Notes: generated by a model from the letters alone, not told the origin. DNA of 56,042 nt from an uncultured Pseudomonadales bacterium (GCA_964347565.1 CAYFZD010000003.1:1-56042), one strand, 5' to 3'. Shown: positions 7,325-17,356, numbered from the stretch's first letter. Made by a program: numbers and translations.

Positions 7325-10300
7325 ATGACAAAGAAACAGCGTCTATATTGGGGGAATGAGAATCTCAACCTCCCGCCCCTCGATCTGACTCTAGTTCAAC
7401 GCGAATCCTACGAACAGTTCCTCAACAAAGATCTCCAAAAATATCTCAAAGAAATTAGTCCCATCGATGACTTTACCGGTAAAACCTGGGAACTCTCCTT
7501 TGGCGCCCACTATTTTGAAGCTCCCAAGCTTACTCCAGACGAAGCTGTCAAAAAGGGTCTGACCTACGACGTACCCCTGCGCGCCAAAGTCAAGCTCATT
7601 AATAAGATCACAGGCGACGAGACTGAGCAAGATGTTTTCTTGGGTGATCTCCCCAAAATGACGACTCGGGGAACCTTTATCGTCTCAGGTATTGAACGTG
7701 CAGTCGTCAATCAACTGGTACGTGCCCCGGGTGCTTTCTTTGCAGGAAGCGTTGATCCCACAACTGGTAGAGTTCTCTACACTGCCGAACTCCGCCCCAT
7801 GCGCGGTAGTTGGCTCGAGCTCTCGGTGGGCAAAAATGATGTTATCACCGCCAAGATCGATCGCCATCGCAAATTCCACGTCACCACCCTGCTTCGCGCC
7901 CTCGGCATCGAGGATGAAGCAGAAATCAAAGCCTTATTTAAAGACGTTGATAACAATCCTGATCATCAGTATATCTTTGCCACACTCGCCAAAGATGGTA
8001 ACCATACCCAGTCCGAGGCACTCCTTGATCTCTACGACAAGATCAGGCCTGGTGAGCCCGCCGTCCTCGAAAACGCCAAAAATCTTTTCTTCCAGAGTTT
8101 CTTTGATCCTCGTCGCTATGACTTAGACAAAGTCGGACGCTACAAACTTAATAAGAAGTTGGGATTAGATATTGAGAATAAACCCGACAACCAAGTTCTC
8201 CAAAAAGCTGATTTGATCGCCATCATCAAATATCTGATTGGACTCCAAAATGGAGTCGGCACTGTTGACGATATCGACCACCTCGCCAACCGCCGTGTCC
8301 GCCGGGTTGGTGAGCTTTTGGGTGCCACGGCTTTTCGCATCGGCCTACTCCGACTTGAACGCTCGATCAAAGAAAAGATGTCACTCGTTAAGCCAGAAGA
8401 ATCAGTTACTCCCGTCCAGCTCATCAATGCTAGACCCGTGATCGCCACGATCTCAGAGTTCTTCCGTCGCAATCGTCTCTCTACCATCCTAGACCAAACC
8501 AATCCACTCGCGGAGATCGACAATTTGCGCCGCCTCTCAGTCATGGGTACGGGCGGTGTGACTCGCGAACGCGCTTCCTTCTCGATGCGTGACATCAACG
8601 CCTCTCAGTATGGTCGTATTTGTCCCGTCCGCTCGCCGGAAGGTCCCAACATTGGTCTCGTGACCTATCTCTCGCTCTACACTCGCATCAACGAATTTGG
8701 TTTCCTTGAGTCACCTTATCGCAAAGTGAGTCCTCTCAAAAAGGGTAGTAAGACGCTGATGCGCGTCTCTCCCGAGATTTTCTATCTCCCTCCTGATGAC
8801 GAACAAAACTACTACATTACCCACGCCGGCATTGAGATGACCGACAACGGTGAAATTGTCGATTCCTGGGTCCCGGCTCGCTATCGCGGTAACTTTATTG
8901 AGGTTCCTGTCGAAAAAGTCCAATACATCGATGTCATTCCTCGCCAAGTGGTAGGGACTTCCGCTTCTCTTATTCCCTTTATCGCCCACGACGAAGCCAA
9001 CCGCGCGCTCATGGGTACTCACATGCAATGTCAAGCAGTGCCCCTGGTTCGCCCTGAGTCACCAATTGTGGGAACTGGGATGGAGGCCGCTGTGGCTGAG
9101 TCCATGGGCTGGGTAGTTCGCGCGAGTCATTCTGGGACTATCACCTTTGCCGACGCCAACTCTATTGTCTTAGAACTGGATAAGAGTGAACTAGTCAAAG
9201 CCAAAGAATATTACTCCAAAAACGAGAACGAACACGCGGTCTTGGAGCGGGGACGTCTCACCTATTCACTCATCAAATTCCATCGCACCGCCGGCTCCAC
9301 CTGCTATAACCAAAAACCCGTGGTTAAACTTGGTGACAAAGTCAAAAAAGGTGATCTCCTAATCGACGGACCAGCCTCAGACGGGGGAGAGCTCTCGCTG
9401 GGTCGCAATCTAGTCATTGCCTACGCCTCCTTCATGGGTCTAGGCTACGAAGACGCCATCATCGTTTCTGACCGCTTAGTCAAAGAAGATGTCCTTACCT
9501 CTATCCACATCAATGAGTACGAGGCCGATATCATGGATACCAAATTAGGGGCGGAGGAGCTAACTCGCGACATACCCAATGTTTCTGAACACGACCTTCG
9601 CAATCTGGGTGATGATGGCATTGTCGTAGTCGGGGCCGAAGTCACTGGCAACGACATTCTCGTAGGCAAGATTGCTCCCAAAGGCGAAACAGAGCTCACT
9701 GCTGAAGAGAGATTGCTCAGGGCAATATTCGGCGAGAAAGCGCGGGAAGTCAGAGATACCAGTTTGCGTATGAGTAACGGGGAGTCCGGGACAGTCATCG
9801 AAGTTTCTACGCTAGACCGCGAAGAAGGCGATGAGCTCGATCCTGGTGTTCTTAAAACCGTCTCCATCAAGGTCGCTCAAATTCGTAAAGTGACTGTCGG
9901 TGACAAGCTCGCAGGTCGCCATGGTAACAAAGGCGTCATCTCTCGCATTATCCCAGTTTCTGATATGCCTTACCTGGCTGATGGTACGCCCGTCGACATT
10001 ATTATCTCGCCTCTCTCCGTTCTCGCTCGCATGAACTTAGGGCAACTTCTTGAGGCTCACCTAGGTTGGGCCGCTCACAAGCTCGGTTACAAAGTTGCCC
10101 TTCCCGTTTTTGAGCCTCTCGATGAATCAGTGATCGAAGAACAACTTAAAAAAGCCGGACTACCAGAGAACGGCAAAATCACCCTCTTCGATGGCCGCAC
10201 TGGTCTACCCTTCGATAACCCCACGACCGTAGGTATCGGCTACATCCTCAAGCTCATCCACATGGTGGAAGACAAAACTCACGCCCGCTCTACCGGTCCA

Positions 10301-10777
10301 TACTCTCTTGTGACCCAGCAACCACTTGGTGGAAAAGCCCAAATGGGTGGACAACGCCTGGGAGAAATGGAAGTCTGGGCCCTCGAAGCACATCGCGCTG
10401 CCCACGTTCTCCAAGAAATGCTGACCATTAAATCTGATGATCTAGTAGGTCGTGCCAAAGCTTTCGAAGCTATTGTCAAAGGAACCCCCATCCCAGAGTC
10501 TACCGTTCCCGAGTCCTTTAAAGTCTTACTCAAAGAGCTCAACTCACTCGGTCTTGATGTGATACCCGTCGACCCTAAAGAAGTTTTGGTCGCGGATGAA
10601 TCCATCGAAGAAATCGAAAAAGACAAAGTTATCTTGGCCGACGACCCAGCCACTCTTCCCGATGACACTGCGGTGAGCGACGATACGACGGTGGTAGTAC
10701 CCACGCAGAGCGATGATCTCGATGCGATTCCCGAGCCCACCGACGAAGAGCTGAAAAATACCGAAGGAGAGAACTAA
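7325..10777 (+). CDS. rpoB: DNA-directed RNA polymerase subunit beta
   Basis: 1150 aa; motifs [40 protein letters not shown]; 68-aa acidic C-terminal tail. Confidence 0.99.
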   Translation: MTKKQRLYWGNENLNLPPLDLTLVQRESYEQFLNKDLQKYLKEISPIDDFTGKTWELSFGAHYFEAPKLTPDEAVKKGLTYDVPLRAKVKLINKITGDETEQDVFLGDLPKMTTRGTFIVSGIERAVVNQLVRAPGAFFAGSVDPTTGRVLYTAELRPMRGSWLELSVGKNDVITAKIDRHRKFHVTTLLRALGIEDEAEIKALFKDVDNNPDHQYIFATLAKDGNHTQSEALLDLYDKIRPGEPAVLENAKNLFFQSFFDPRRYDLDKVGRYKLNKKLGLDIENKPDNQVLQKADLIAIIKYLIGLQNGVGTVDDIDHLANRRVRRVGELLGATAFRIGLLRLERSIKEKMSLVKPEESVTPVQLINARPVIATISEFFRRNRLSTILDQTNPLAEIDNLRRLSVMGTGGVTRERASFSMRDINASQYGRICPVRSPEGPNIGLVTYLSLYTRINEFGFLESPYRKVSPLKKGSKTLMRVSPEIFYLPPDDEQNYYITHAGIEMTDNGEIVDSWVPARYRGNFIEVPVEKVQYIDVIPRQVVGTSASLIPFIAHDEANRALMGTHMQCQAVPLVRPESPIVGTGMEAAVAESMGWVVRASHSGTITFADANSIVLELDKSELVKAKEYYSKNENEHAVLERGRLTYSLIKFHRTAGSTCYNQKPVVKLGDKVKKGDLLIDGPASDGGELSLGRNLVIAYASFMGLGYEDAIIVSDRLVKEDVLTSIHINEYEADIMDTKLGAEELTRDIPNVSEHDLRNLGDDGIVVVGAEVTGNDILVGKIAPKGETELTAEERLLRAIFGEKAREVRDTSLRMSNGESGTVIEVSTLDREEGDELDPGVLKTVSIKVAQIRKVTVGDKLAGRHGNKGVISRIIPVSDMPYLADGTPVDIIISPLSVLARMNLGQLLEAHLGWAAHKLGYKVALPVFEPLDESVIEEQLKKAGLPENGKITLFDGRTGLPFDNPTTVGIGYILKLIHMVEDKTHARSTGPYSLVTQQPLGGKAQMGGQRLGEMEVWALEAHRAAHVLQEMLTIKSDDLVGRAKAFEAIVKGTPIPESTVPESFKVLLKELNSLGLDVIPVDPKEVLVADESIEEIEKDKVILADDPATLPDDTAVSDDTTVVVPTQSDDLDAIPEPTDEELKNTEGEN

Positions 10778-10782
10778 AACAT

Positions 10783-13700
10783 ATGATGAAAAATATTCTA
10801 GATTTTAAAGGACTAAAGATTCAAATTGCCTCACCCGATACAGTCAGAGACTGGTCCTTCGGCGAGGTAATCAAACCTGAGACGATCAACTACCGTACCC
10901 TCAAACCCGAGAAAGATGGCCTATTTTGTGAGCGGATTTTTGGTCCTACCAAAGATTATGAATGTTATTGTGGCAAATACAAACGTATTCGTTATCGCGG
11001 GATCGTCTGTGACAAATGTGGTGTGGAAGTCACCCAGTCTCGGGTACGTCGTGAGCGCATGGGTCACATCAACTTAGCCGCGCCTGTCGCTCACATTTGG
11101 TATTTCAAAGGCGCTCCCTCAAAATTGTCACTTCTGATGAATGTCGCTCCCAAAGCTCTCTCTGCGGTCGTTTATTTTGCCAAATATTTGGTCCTCTCCG
11201 TCGACAAAGACGAGCGAGCTAAAGTGATTGAGCTACTCAACACTAGTCACGTCAACGCCCTCCAAGAGGTCGAAGACAGAATCAAATCTGACATGGAAAA
11301 AGTCAAATCCTCCCTTTCCGACAAACCCACTGAGCGCCAAACCGCCACCGCCAAAAAAACCATCGAATCTCTCCGTGAGAGCTTGGTGATCGACAAAGAT
11401 TCCCTCAGCGAGATCTACAAAACTCTCACCAGCATGGCCAAGCGCATCGTCCCAGGAACAGTCTTGGCAGAAGATGAATATCTCAAACTGGATGAATATA
11501 ACGCCACATCACATCTCAAGGTGGGTATGGGCGCAGAGGCAATTTTGGAATATCTCTCAACCATTGACCTGCAAAAACTCTCCAAAGAAATCAAAACCGA
11601 ACTCAAGGAAGAGGGGAGTGCTAGTCTCAAGCGCACCAAGCTCTCTAAGCGACTCAAAGTTGTGGATGGCTTGAAAAACGCGAGTCTTAGCCCCTCCTGG
11701 ATGGTGCTCAAAGTCTTGCCCGTTTTGCCTCCCGAGCTACGACCCATGGTTCAGCTCTCAGGTGGCCGATTCGCTTCCTCTGACCTAAACGATCTCTATC
11801 GTCGCGTGATCAACCGCAACAATCGTCTTAAACACTTGATCGATCTAGGTGCTCCCGAGATCATTTTACGCAACGAAAAACGCATGCTTCAAGAGGCGGT
11901 AGATTCTCTGATCGACGCCAGCCAAGCCAAGACTACCAGGCGTCGTGTAGTTAAGCCTCTGCGCTCGCTCTCCGATATGTTGTCCGGCAAGCAAGGTCGC
12001 TTCCGCCAGAACTTGCTCGGTAAACGTGTTGACTACTCAGGCCGCTCTGTCATCGTCGTGGGTCCTGAACTCAAGTTATCACAGTGTGGTCTCCCCAAAG
12101 ATATGGCGCTAGAGATGTTCAAGCCCTACGTACTTCGCGAGCTTATCGCAGAGGGGACGGCCCCCAACGTCAAGTCCGCCAAACACGCCATTGAGCGCAA
12201 AGACCCTCTTGTGTTTGATATCTTGGAGCGCATCACCAAAAATCACCCCGTCCTCCTCAACCGTGCCCCGACCCTCCACAAGCTCGGTATCCAAGCATTC
12301 TACCCAGTTCTAATCGAAGGTAATGCCATCCAACTCCATCCTTGTGTCTGTGCTGGCTACAACGCCGACTTCGACGGAGACCAGATGGCTGTCCACGTTC
12401 CGCTCTCTGAGACCGCGATCGAAGATGCTCGTACTCGCATGATGGCCAAAAATAACTTGCTTAAGCCCGCCAATGGTAGCCCCATTACCGTCCCCAACAA
12501 AGAGATGGCGCTGGGTTGCTACTATTTGACAAGCTTTAATCCCGATCTCAAGCTCAGTGGAGATATCTTTGGGGACGCTGATCAGGCATACGCTGCCAGA
12601 GAAGCTGGGTCCATCAATCTCCGCCAGCCCATCCGAGTGCGTGTCAAGGGTAAAGTAATAGAGACATCCGTTGGTCGCTTGGTTTTTAACGAGGCCTTAC
12701 CTGAGGATCTACGCTACATCAATGAAGCCGTGGGTGCCAAAAAAATCACCGATATTATCCGAGAAGCTATCCGTGTTTTTGACAATGACCTCGTGGCTGA
12801 CCTGGTCGACAAAATCAAATCCATCGGCTTTGAATATTTGACGACATCTGGACTATCGGTCGCGGTGGCAGACAACATTATGATCCCCGAGAAGGTGACC
12901 ATGATCAAGGAGGCCGACGCGCGCGTCAACGAAATCTTGGAGACTTTCAACCAAGGCTTAATTACCGAAGAGGAAAAACGCCGCCTCTCCTTTGAGGTTT
13001 GGATGGAAACTACCGAAAGCATCGCCACCGCCACCTGGGAAAAATTTGATGAGCGTAACGCGGTCAAGATTATCATCGACTCCGGCGGTACTCGTGCTAG
13101 TCGCGACCAAGTCAAACAACTCTCCGCTATGCGTGGACTCGTCGTCGATCCTCTGGGTAAAATCGTGGAGATGCCCACCAAGTCCAACTTCCGCGAAGGC
13201 CTCTCCATTTTTGAATACGTGACTTCTAGTCGTGGCTCCCGTAAGGGTTTGACTGACTCCGCGCTCAAAACTGCCGATGCCGGATATCTCACTCGCCGCC
13301 TCGTCGACGTCTCACACACCTCGATTATCCGCGAAGCCGATTGTAAGACTGAGGAAACTCTCGAGATCCCCCTGACCGGTATTCGTGGCAAGCATTTCGT
13401 CAAACGGGTCCTGGGTAGAGTTGCGGGCAAGACCATCAAACATCCTAAATCCAAGGCAACTTTAATTAAAAAAGGCGACATCGTTGACGACCAAATTGCC
13501 GAAGCCCTCTTTGAATCTGGCATTGAGAGTATGGAGATCCGCTCACCCCTCACCTGTAAAGCTCGCTACGGACTCTGTGCCCAGTGTTATGGTTGGGATT
13601 TTGGGACTCGCAAACTCGTCGAGCTCGGCTCACCCGTAGGCGTGATCGCGGCTCAATCCATCGGCGAGCCCGGTACTCAGCTCACCATGCGTGTTAAGCA

Positions 13701-14424
13701 CGCTGGAGGTATTGTCGGACTCGACGTGACTCAAGGCCTACCTCGTGTAGAAGAGCTCTTTGAGGCTCGCAACCCCAAGATTGCCGCTCCTTTGGCCGGT
13801 ATCTCTGGAAAAGTGAGCGTACAAGAGACAACCGACGGAAACAAGGTGACCATTACCGCCACAGGTGGCGTTCAAGAAGAATATTTTGTCCCCGCTACTC
13901 TAGTTTTGGCAGTCAAAGACAAAGACTTAATTACTGCAGGATTCCCCCTCGCACAGGGTCCACAAAATATTCAAGAAGTCTTGCGCGTGAGGGGTATTCG
14001 AGATGCACAGCTCTATTTGATCCAAGAGATCCAAGCGGTTTACGAGTCCCAAGGTATCCCCATCTCCGATAAACACTTTGAAGTGGTCGTGCGTGAAATG
14101 ACCAGCAAGGTCAAAATCGAAGAGTCCGGTGACACCTCGCTGATTGGTGGGGAAATTGTCGACCGCTTCGCCTTTGACACTGGTAATGAGGGAGTACTCG
14201 CCGAAGGTGGCGAGCCCGCCACCGCCATGAGCGTGATGCTTGGGGTCACTCGCGCCGCACTCCATACTCACTCTTGGCTCTCGGCCGCCTCATTTGAGCA
14301 AACTACCAATGTTCTCTCCGAGGCAGCTCTCGAAGGCAAGGAAGACCCCTTGTTTGGTCTCAAAGAAAACGTGATTATCGGTCGTCTCATCCCAGTAAGT
14401 CCAGAGAGGGCTGTGATACAATAG
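10783..14424 (+). CDS. rpoC: DNA-directed RNA polymerase subunit beta-prime
   Basis: 1213 aa; zinc finger [20 protein letters not shown]; catalytic [12 protein letters not shown]. Confidence 0.99.
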   Translation: MMKNILDFKGLKIQIASPDTVRDWSFGEVIKPETINYRTLKPEKDGLFCERIFGPTKDYECYCGKYKRIRYRGIVCDKCGVEVTQSRVRRERMGHINLAAPVAHIWYFKGAPSKLSLLMNVAPKALSAVVYFAKYLVLSVDKDERAKVIELLNTSHVNALQEVEDRIKSDMEKVKSSLSDKPTERQTATAKKTIESLRESLVIDKDSLSEIYKTLTSMAKRIVPGTVLAEDEYLKLDEYNATSHLKVGMGAEAILEYLSTIDLQKLSKEIKTELKEEGSASLKRTKLSKRLKVVDGLKNASLSPSWMVLKVLPVLPPELRPMVQLSGGRFASSDLNDLYRRVINRNNRLKHLIDLGAPEIILRNEKRMLQEAVDSLIDASQAKTTRRRVVKPLRSLSDMLSGKQGRFRQNLLGKRVDYSGRSVIVVGPELKLSQCGLPKDMALEMFKPYVLRELIAEGTAPNVKSAKHAIERKDPLVFDILERITKNHPVLLNRAPTLHKLGIQAFYPVLIEGNAIQLHPCVCAGYNADFDGDQMAVHVPLSETAIEDARTRMMAKNNLLKPANGSPITVPNKEMALGCYYLTSFNPDLKLSGDIFGDADQAYAAREAGSINLRQPIRVRVKGKVIETSVGRLVFNEALPEDLRYINEAVGAKKITDIIREAIRVFDNDLVADLVDKIKSIGFEYLTTSGLSVAVADNIMIPEKVTMIKEADARVNEILETFNQGLITEEEKRRLSFEVWMETTESIATATWEKFDERNAVKIIIDSGGTRASRDQVKQLSAMRGLVVDPLGKIVEMPTKSNFREGLSIFEYVTSSRGSRKGLTDSALKTADAGYLTRRLVDVSHTSIIREADCKTEETLEIPLTGIRGKHFVKRVLGRVAGKTIKHPKSKATLIKKGDIVDDQIAEALFESGIESMEIRSPLTCKARYGLCAQCYGWDFGTRKLVELGSPVGVIAAQSIGEPGTQLTMRVKHAGGIVGLDVTQGLPRVEELFEARNPKIAAPLAGISGKVSVQETTDGNKVTITATGGVQEEYFVPATLVLAVKDKDLITAGFPLAQGPQNIQEVLRVRGIRDAQLYLIQEIQAVYESQGIPISDKHFEVVVREMTSKVKIEESGDTSLIGGEIVDRFAFDTGNEGVLAEGGEPATAMSVMLGVTRAALHTHSWLSAASFEQTTNVLSEAALEGKEDPLFGLKENVIIGRLIPVSPERAVIQ

Positions 14425-14433
14425 CACACATCT

Positions 14434-14847
14434 ATGCCAACAGTTAATCAATTAGTCCGACACGGACGCGACACCAAGCCCAAGAAACGTCAGGGAAATG
14501 CTCTGCGTCGTGGATATAACGCCACCAAGCGTAAAATGGTCGAGTATTCCTCGCCCCAAAAGCGCGGGGTGTGTATCATCGTCAAAACCATGACTCCCAA
14601 GAAACCAAACTCGGCTCTGCGCAAAGTGGCTCGCGTGAGGCTCTCTAACAAACAAGAAGTGACTGCCTATATTATGGGAGAAGGTCACAACTTGGCCGAA
14701 CACTCAGTCGTCTTGGTGCGGGGTGGTCGTGTCAAAGATTTACCCGGCGTCAAATACCATATCGTCCGTGGTAAATACGATACTGCTGGTGTGGAAAAAC
14801 GCATGACTTCTCGCTCCAAATACGGAACCAAAAGACCTAAAAAATAA
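14434..14847 (+). CDS. rpsL: 30S ribosomal protein S12
   Basis: [28 protein letters not shown]. Confidence 0.99.
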   Translation: MPTVNQLVRHGRDTKPKKRQGNALRRGYNATKRKMVEYSSPQKRGVCIIVKTMTPKKPNSALRKVARVRLSNKQEVTAYIMGEGHNLAEHSVVLVRGGRVKDLPGVKYHIVRGKYDTAGVEKRMTSRSKYGTKRPKK

Positions 14848-14858
14848 AGGAAAATAAT

Positions 14859-15335
14859 ATGCGCGCCAAAGCCGCCAATAACAAAAAAATTCAGGGAGAC
14901 GTCAAATATAATTCCCTCGAAGTCGCCAAAATGATCAATCGCGTCATGCAAGATGGTAAGAAAGTCGTGGCCGAGAAACTGGTCTACAACTGCATGGACA
15001 TAATCGGGGAGAAAACTGGCGCCAAACCCCTCGATGTCTTGATGACTGCACTCTCTAACATCAAACCCAAAACCGAGGTTCGTAGTCGCCGTATCGGCGG
15101 GGCCGCCTATCAGGTTCCTATGCCCGTTTCTCCTAGTCGCCAGTTCGCACTTTCTCTGCGTTGGCTTGTTGATTTTGCTGGCAAACGTAGCAACTCCGAG
15201 TATCACACTTTTGGCGAGAAACTCGCCGCCGAAGTCATGGATGCCTACAACAACCAAGGAGCCGCCATCAAGAAACGCGATGACGTCCACCGTATGGCCG
15301 ACGCCAACAAAGCTTTCGCTCACTTCCGCTGGTAA
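14859..15335 (+). CDS. rpsG: 30S ribosomal protein S7
   Basis: 158 aa; VRSRRIGGAAYQVP and ANKAFAHFRW C-terminus. Confidence 0.98.
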   Translation: MRAKAANNKKIQGDVKYNSLEVAKMINRVMQDGKKVVAEKLVYNCMDIIGEKTGAKPLDVLMTALSNIKPKTEVRSRRIGGAAYQVPMPVSPSRQFALSLRWLVDFAGKRSNSEYHTFGEKLAAEVMDAYNNQGAAIKKRDDVHRMADANKAFAHFRW

Positions 15336-15379
15336 AGAGAAAGATTTTCACTAAAAATTTGCGCTTTCTAGACGGTTCG

Positions 15380-15393
15380 ATGGTTCGAACCAT
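15380..15393. repeat. 14-bp perfect palindrome ATGGTTCGAACCAT between convergent rpsG and the 127-aa ORF
   Basis: Read directly; preceded by the GGTTCGA half-repeat; possible bidirectional terminator, but the stem is short. Confidence 0.35.
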
Positions 15394-15406
15394 TAGACCA
15401 CGACAA

Positions 15407-15790
15407 TCATTCTACATTTAAAGTAAACGGCTTCACCCCATCACGTTCTGCTTGGTGAACTTCTTGTATCCCTACATTAAATCCTTGCATACATGGTCGA
15501 TATCCCCCACCTTGTATTCCACTACATGCAAACTTCAGAAACTGAGGTATATCTTGATCAGGCTCATGCTTTCCAGGCATGGGACCAACCGAAGTGTTGA
15601 GGATGCACTGTTTACCAGCCTTAACTGCCGGACACTCCCTACATCCAATAGCCTCAGCCATGTAATTCGGCACCCTCCCATTGAGCTTATCGATATGACC
15701 CTCGATTTTAAACGCCAAATCGTAGTGTAGCGGGGCACAAGCAACCCAAAATCCTAGATTTTGAAAATTCAGTCCGAATAGCTCTTTCAT
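15407..15790 (-). CDS. Cys-rich hypothetical protein (127 aa), no family recognised
   Basis: Only long ORF in this interval; 6 Cys including CRECP; TATAAT 8 nt upstream of the ATG on the minus strand. Confidence 0.5.
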   Translation of the reverse strand: MKELFGLNFQNLGFWVACAPLHYDLAFKIEGHIDKLNGRVPNYMAEAIGCRECPAVKAGKQCILNTSVGPMPGKHEPDQDIPQFLKFACSGIQGGGYRPCMQGFNVGIQEVHQAERDGVKPFTLNVE

Positions 15791-15810
15791 AACCTGTAAT
15801 TATAGGTTAT
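15789..15810. repeat. 22-bp near-palindrome ATAACCTGTAATTATAGGTTAT (2 mismatches)
   Basis: Overlaps the start codon and -10 box of the 127-aa ORF. Confidence 0.5.
15799..15804 (-). promoter_or_regulatory. -10 element TATAAT, 8 nt before the ATG at 15790
   Basis: Lies inside the 22-bp near-palindrome 15789-15810. Confidence 0.4.
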
Positions 15811-15824
15811 GTGTCAAATTCAAA

Positions 15825-16133
15825 TTACTTTTGCACCACGCTCAAAATCAACCCGACCACCACCGACACAACAATTAGAGTTCCCATCGCTATCGACCCA
15901 ATAATCCCGAGTGTCGAGAGGAGCCAGAGGATAAAAAATACCCACAACATCTGTCGGAAAGGGGATCCTATGCTCATCCCGAGCCAGATCAAAATCCCAA
16001 TTATTAGTAGTCGCTGAATCGTTAGAGAATATCCCATGATCGAGAGGACGGGGAAGTGCGGCATCATCATCCACGGGATCTGGATGATCCCAAGCAACCA
16101 AAGCACCACCACAATTGCAATTATTTCTGCCAT
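15825..16133 (-). CDS. small polytopic membrane protein built from three copies of an LWLLG-type TM motif (resembles the lmo0937/DUF5670-type motif by recollection)
   Basis: 102 aa; IVVVLWLLGII / LIIGILIWLGMSIG / VFFILWLLSTLGIIG repeats; TGTTAGAAT extended -10 box exactly 6 nt upstream of this frame's ATG. Confidence 0.55.
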   Translation of the reverse strand: MAEIIAIVVVLWLLGIIQIPWMMMPHFPVLSIMGYSLTIQRLLIIGILIWLGMSIGSPFRQMLWVFFILWLLSTLGIIGSIAMGTLIVVSVVVGLILSVVQK

Positions 16134-16139
16134 CTTTCC

Positions 16140-16148
16140 ATTCTAACA
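16140..16148 (-). promoter_or_regulatory. extended -10 element TGTTAGAAT, 6 nt before the ATG at 16133
   Basis: Reverse complement of ATTCTAACA; supports the membrane-protein reading frame. Confidence 0.5.
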
Positions 16149-16157
16149 TTTAACTTA

Positions 16158-16189
16158 AGTGATTAAATGATTTAAATCATTTAATCACT
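16158..16189. repeat. 32-bp perfect palindrome AGTGATTAAATGATTT/AAATCATTTAATCACT
   Basis: Checked arm by arm; spans the tgt stop codon and the gap to the membrane-protein gene; terminator or protein-binding site. Confidence 0.7.
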
Positions 16190-17254
16190 ATAATTACATA
16201 ACTTATCCATCAAAATTGCATAGAATCTTAGATTATGGATCGTAGCTAGTCGCAAAACTTTTTCATCTCGTGCTCTCCACATGGCGGCAAACTCAGCTCT
16301 GGTCAGGGTAGTACATAGCTCGCAGTCACAAGCCGTGCTTACAGGCACATTTTCCTCTAGGTGTTTGGCTTGTCGTGGATTATAAAACTCATAGAAACCA
16401 TCTTTTTGTACCTCGATCTTGTCCATAGATTCTGAGGTATATACATAAAGCCGGCCGTGGCGAGCATCGCGAGTAGGCAGGACACAATCAAATATCTGCC
16501 AGCCGCAGTTTACGCATTTCACGATATCGTCAGGCTTCCCGATCCCCAGGCCATAGAGCACAGTATCTTTCGGTAAATTATTTGCCATAAACTTCGCCAT
16601 TTTCTCGTCAAATTTACCGTCCTTCATGGGGAAGCCTCCATAGCCATAACCATCAAACCCAATCTCGGTCAGTTCTTTCATACTTTTCAGACGTAGATCT
16701 TCATATTCTCCGCCTTGCACCACCCCAATCAAATATGGTCGCTTCTCACCCCTGAACTTCTCAAATTCTTTTTTACATCTCTTTGCCCAGAGGGTTGTAC
16801 GCCTCACCGTCTCTTCCGCTTCCTCATGGGTGGCAGAGGGCGGAGTAAAGTCATCGAGTACCACCATCAGATCCGTCCGCATGGCCATTTGATATCGGAT
16901 TGAATCATCGGGAGAGAAATGGTGGTCAACGCCATCAATCGTAAATGTAACTCCCTCGTCCGTGACCGTGCTGTTGCCACCGCCTTTTTTCGCAATCGAC
17001 ATGACCTGGAACCCCCCTGAGTCAGAGATCATTGCCCCTTCCCATCTCAGATATTCATGGATCCCACCAGCTGTTTCCGTTTTTTCTGTTCCCACCAAGC
17101 GCAGGAGGTGAAAAGTATTGACCAGTATTCCTGGCAGCCCGACTTTCTTCACGTCCTCTAGACTCAGTTGTCTTACTTCCCCCCGCGTCGCGTCGGGGAA
17201 GAAGAGGGGATATGGTAGCGTCGTCCCATCGAGTTTTCTAAAACTATTTTGCAT
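16181..17254 (-). CDS. tgt: tRNA-guanine transglycosylase family protein with divergent base-binding pocket
   Basis: TGT motifs LVNTFHL, SDSGGFQV, LIGVVQGGEYEDLR, GLGIGKPDDIV, IFDCVLPTRDARHG, zinc site CDCELC..IHNLRFY. Start set to the ATG at 17254 (MQNSF), supported by TGCTATACT 6 nt upstream; the track start at 17281 is a TTG. Confidence 0.9.
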   Translation of the reverse strand: MQNSFRKLDGTTLPYPLFFPDATRGEVRQLSLEDVKKVGLPGILVNTFHLLRLVGTEKTETAGGIHEYLRWEGAMISDSGGFQVMSIAKKGGGNSTVTDEGVTFTIDGVDHHFSPDDSIRYQMAMRTDLMVVLDDFTPPSATHEEAEETVRRTTLWAKRCKKEFEKFRGEKRPYLIGVVQGGEYEDLRLKSMKELTEIGFDGYGYGGFPMKDGKFDEKMAKFMANNLPKDTVLYGLGIGKPDDIVKCVNCGWQIFDCVLPTRDARHGRLYVYTSESMDKIEVQKDGFYEFYNPRQAKHLEENVPVSTACDCELCTTLTRAEFAAMWRARDEKVLRLATIHNLRFYAILMDKLCNYSD

Positions 17255-17260
17255 GTGGGT

Positions 17261-17269
17261 AGTATAGCA
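17261..17269 (-). promoter_or_regulatory. extended -10 element TGCTATACT, 6 nt before the tgt ATG at 17254
   Basis: Reverse complement of AGTATAGCA. Confidence 0.5.
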
Positions 17270-17356
17270 ACTCCTCGACAAACTAGATCAAGTTGAGGTA
17301 CAATAACTCTCGCCTCATTTCGTGAGTCAATTAATTGTTACTCAAGTTCAAAAACT

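Noticed and set aside
12714-13553. 279-aa minus-strand ORF inside rpoC. Similar long antisense ORFs occur at 8140-8598, 9445-9870, 14685-15323, 17348-18058, 18251-18928, 19964-20641, 22840-23433, 28167-28898 and 39689-40339.
   Set aside because: All lie wholly inside confidently identified, highly conserved genes on the other strand. Their translations are low-complexity (Ser/Arg/Leu-rich) shadow frames with no recognisable motifs.
15820-16149. 109-aa Asp/Trp-rich ORF overlapping the small membrane-protein frame
   Set aside because: Its ATG falls inside the -10 box that is correctly spaced for the other frame. The other frame shows an internally repeated TM motif, and this frame shows no motif I recognise. 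It is kept only as an alternative in the related finding.
17299-17356. Possible regulatory leader upstream of fusA (TACAAT at 17299-17304, about 50-nt leader without a clear Shine-Dalgarno)
   Set aside because: No convincing -35 partner, hairpin or conserved motif could be identified by eye. It is too uncertain to annotate.
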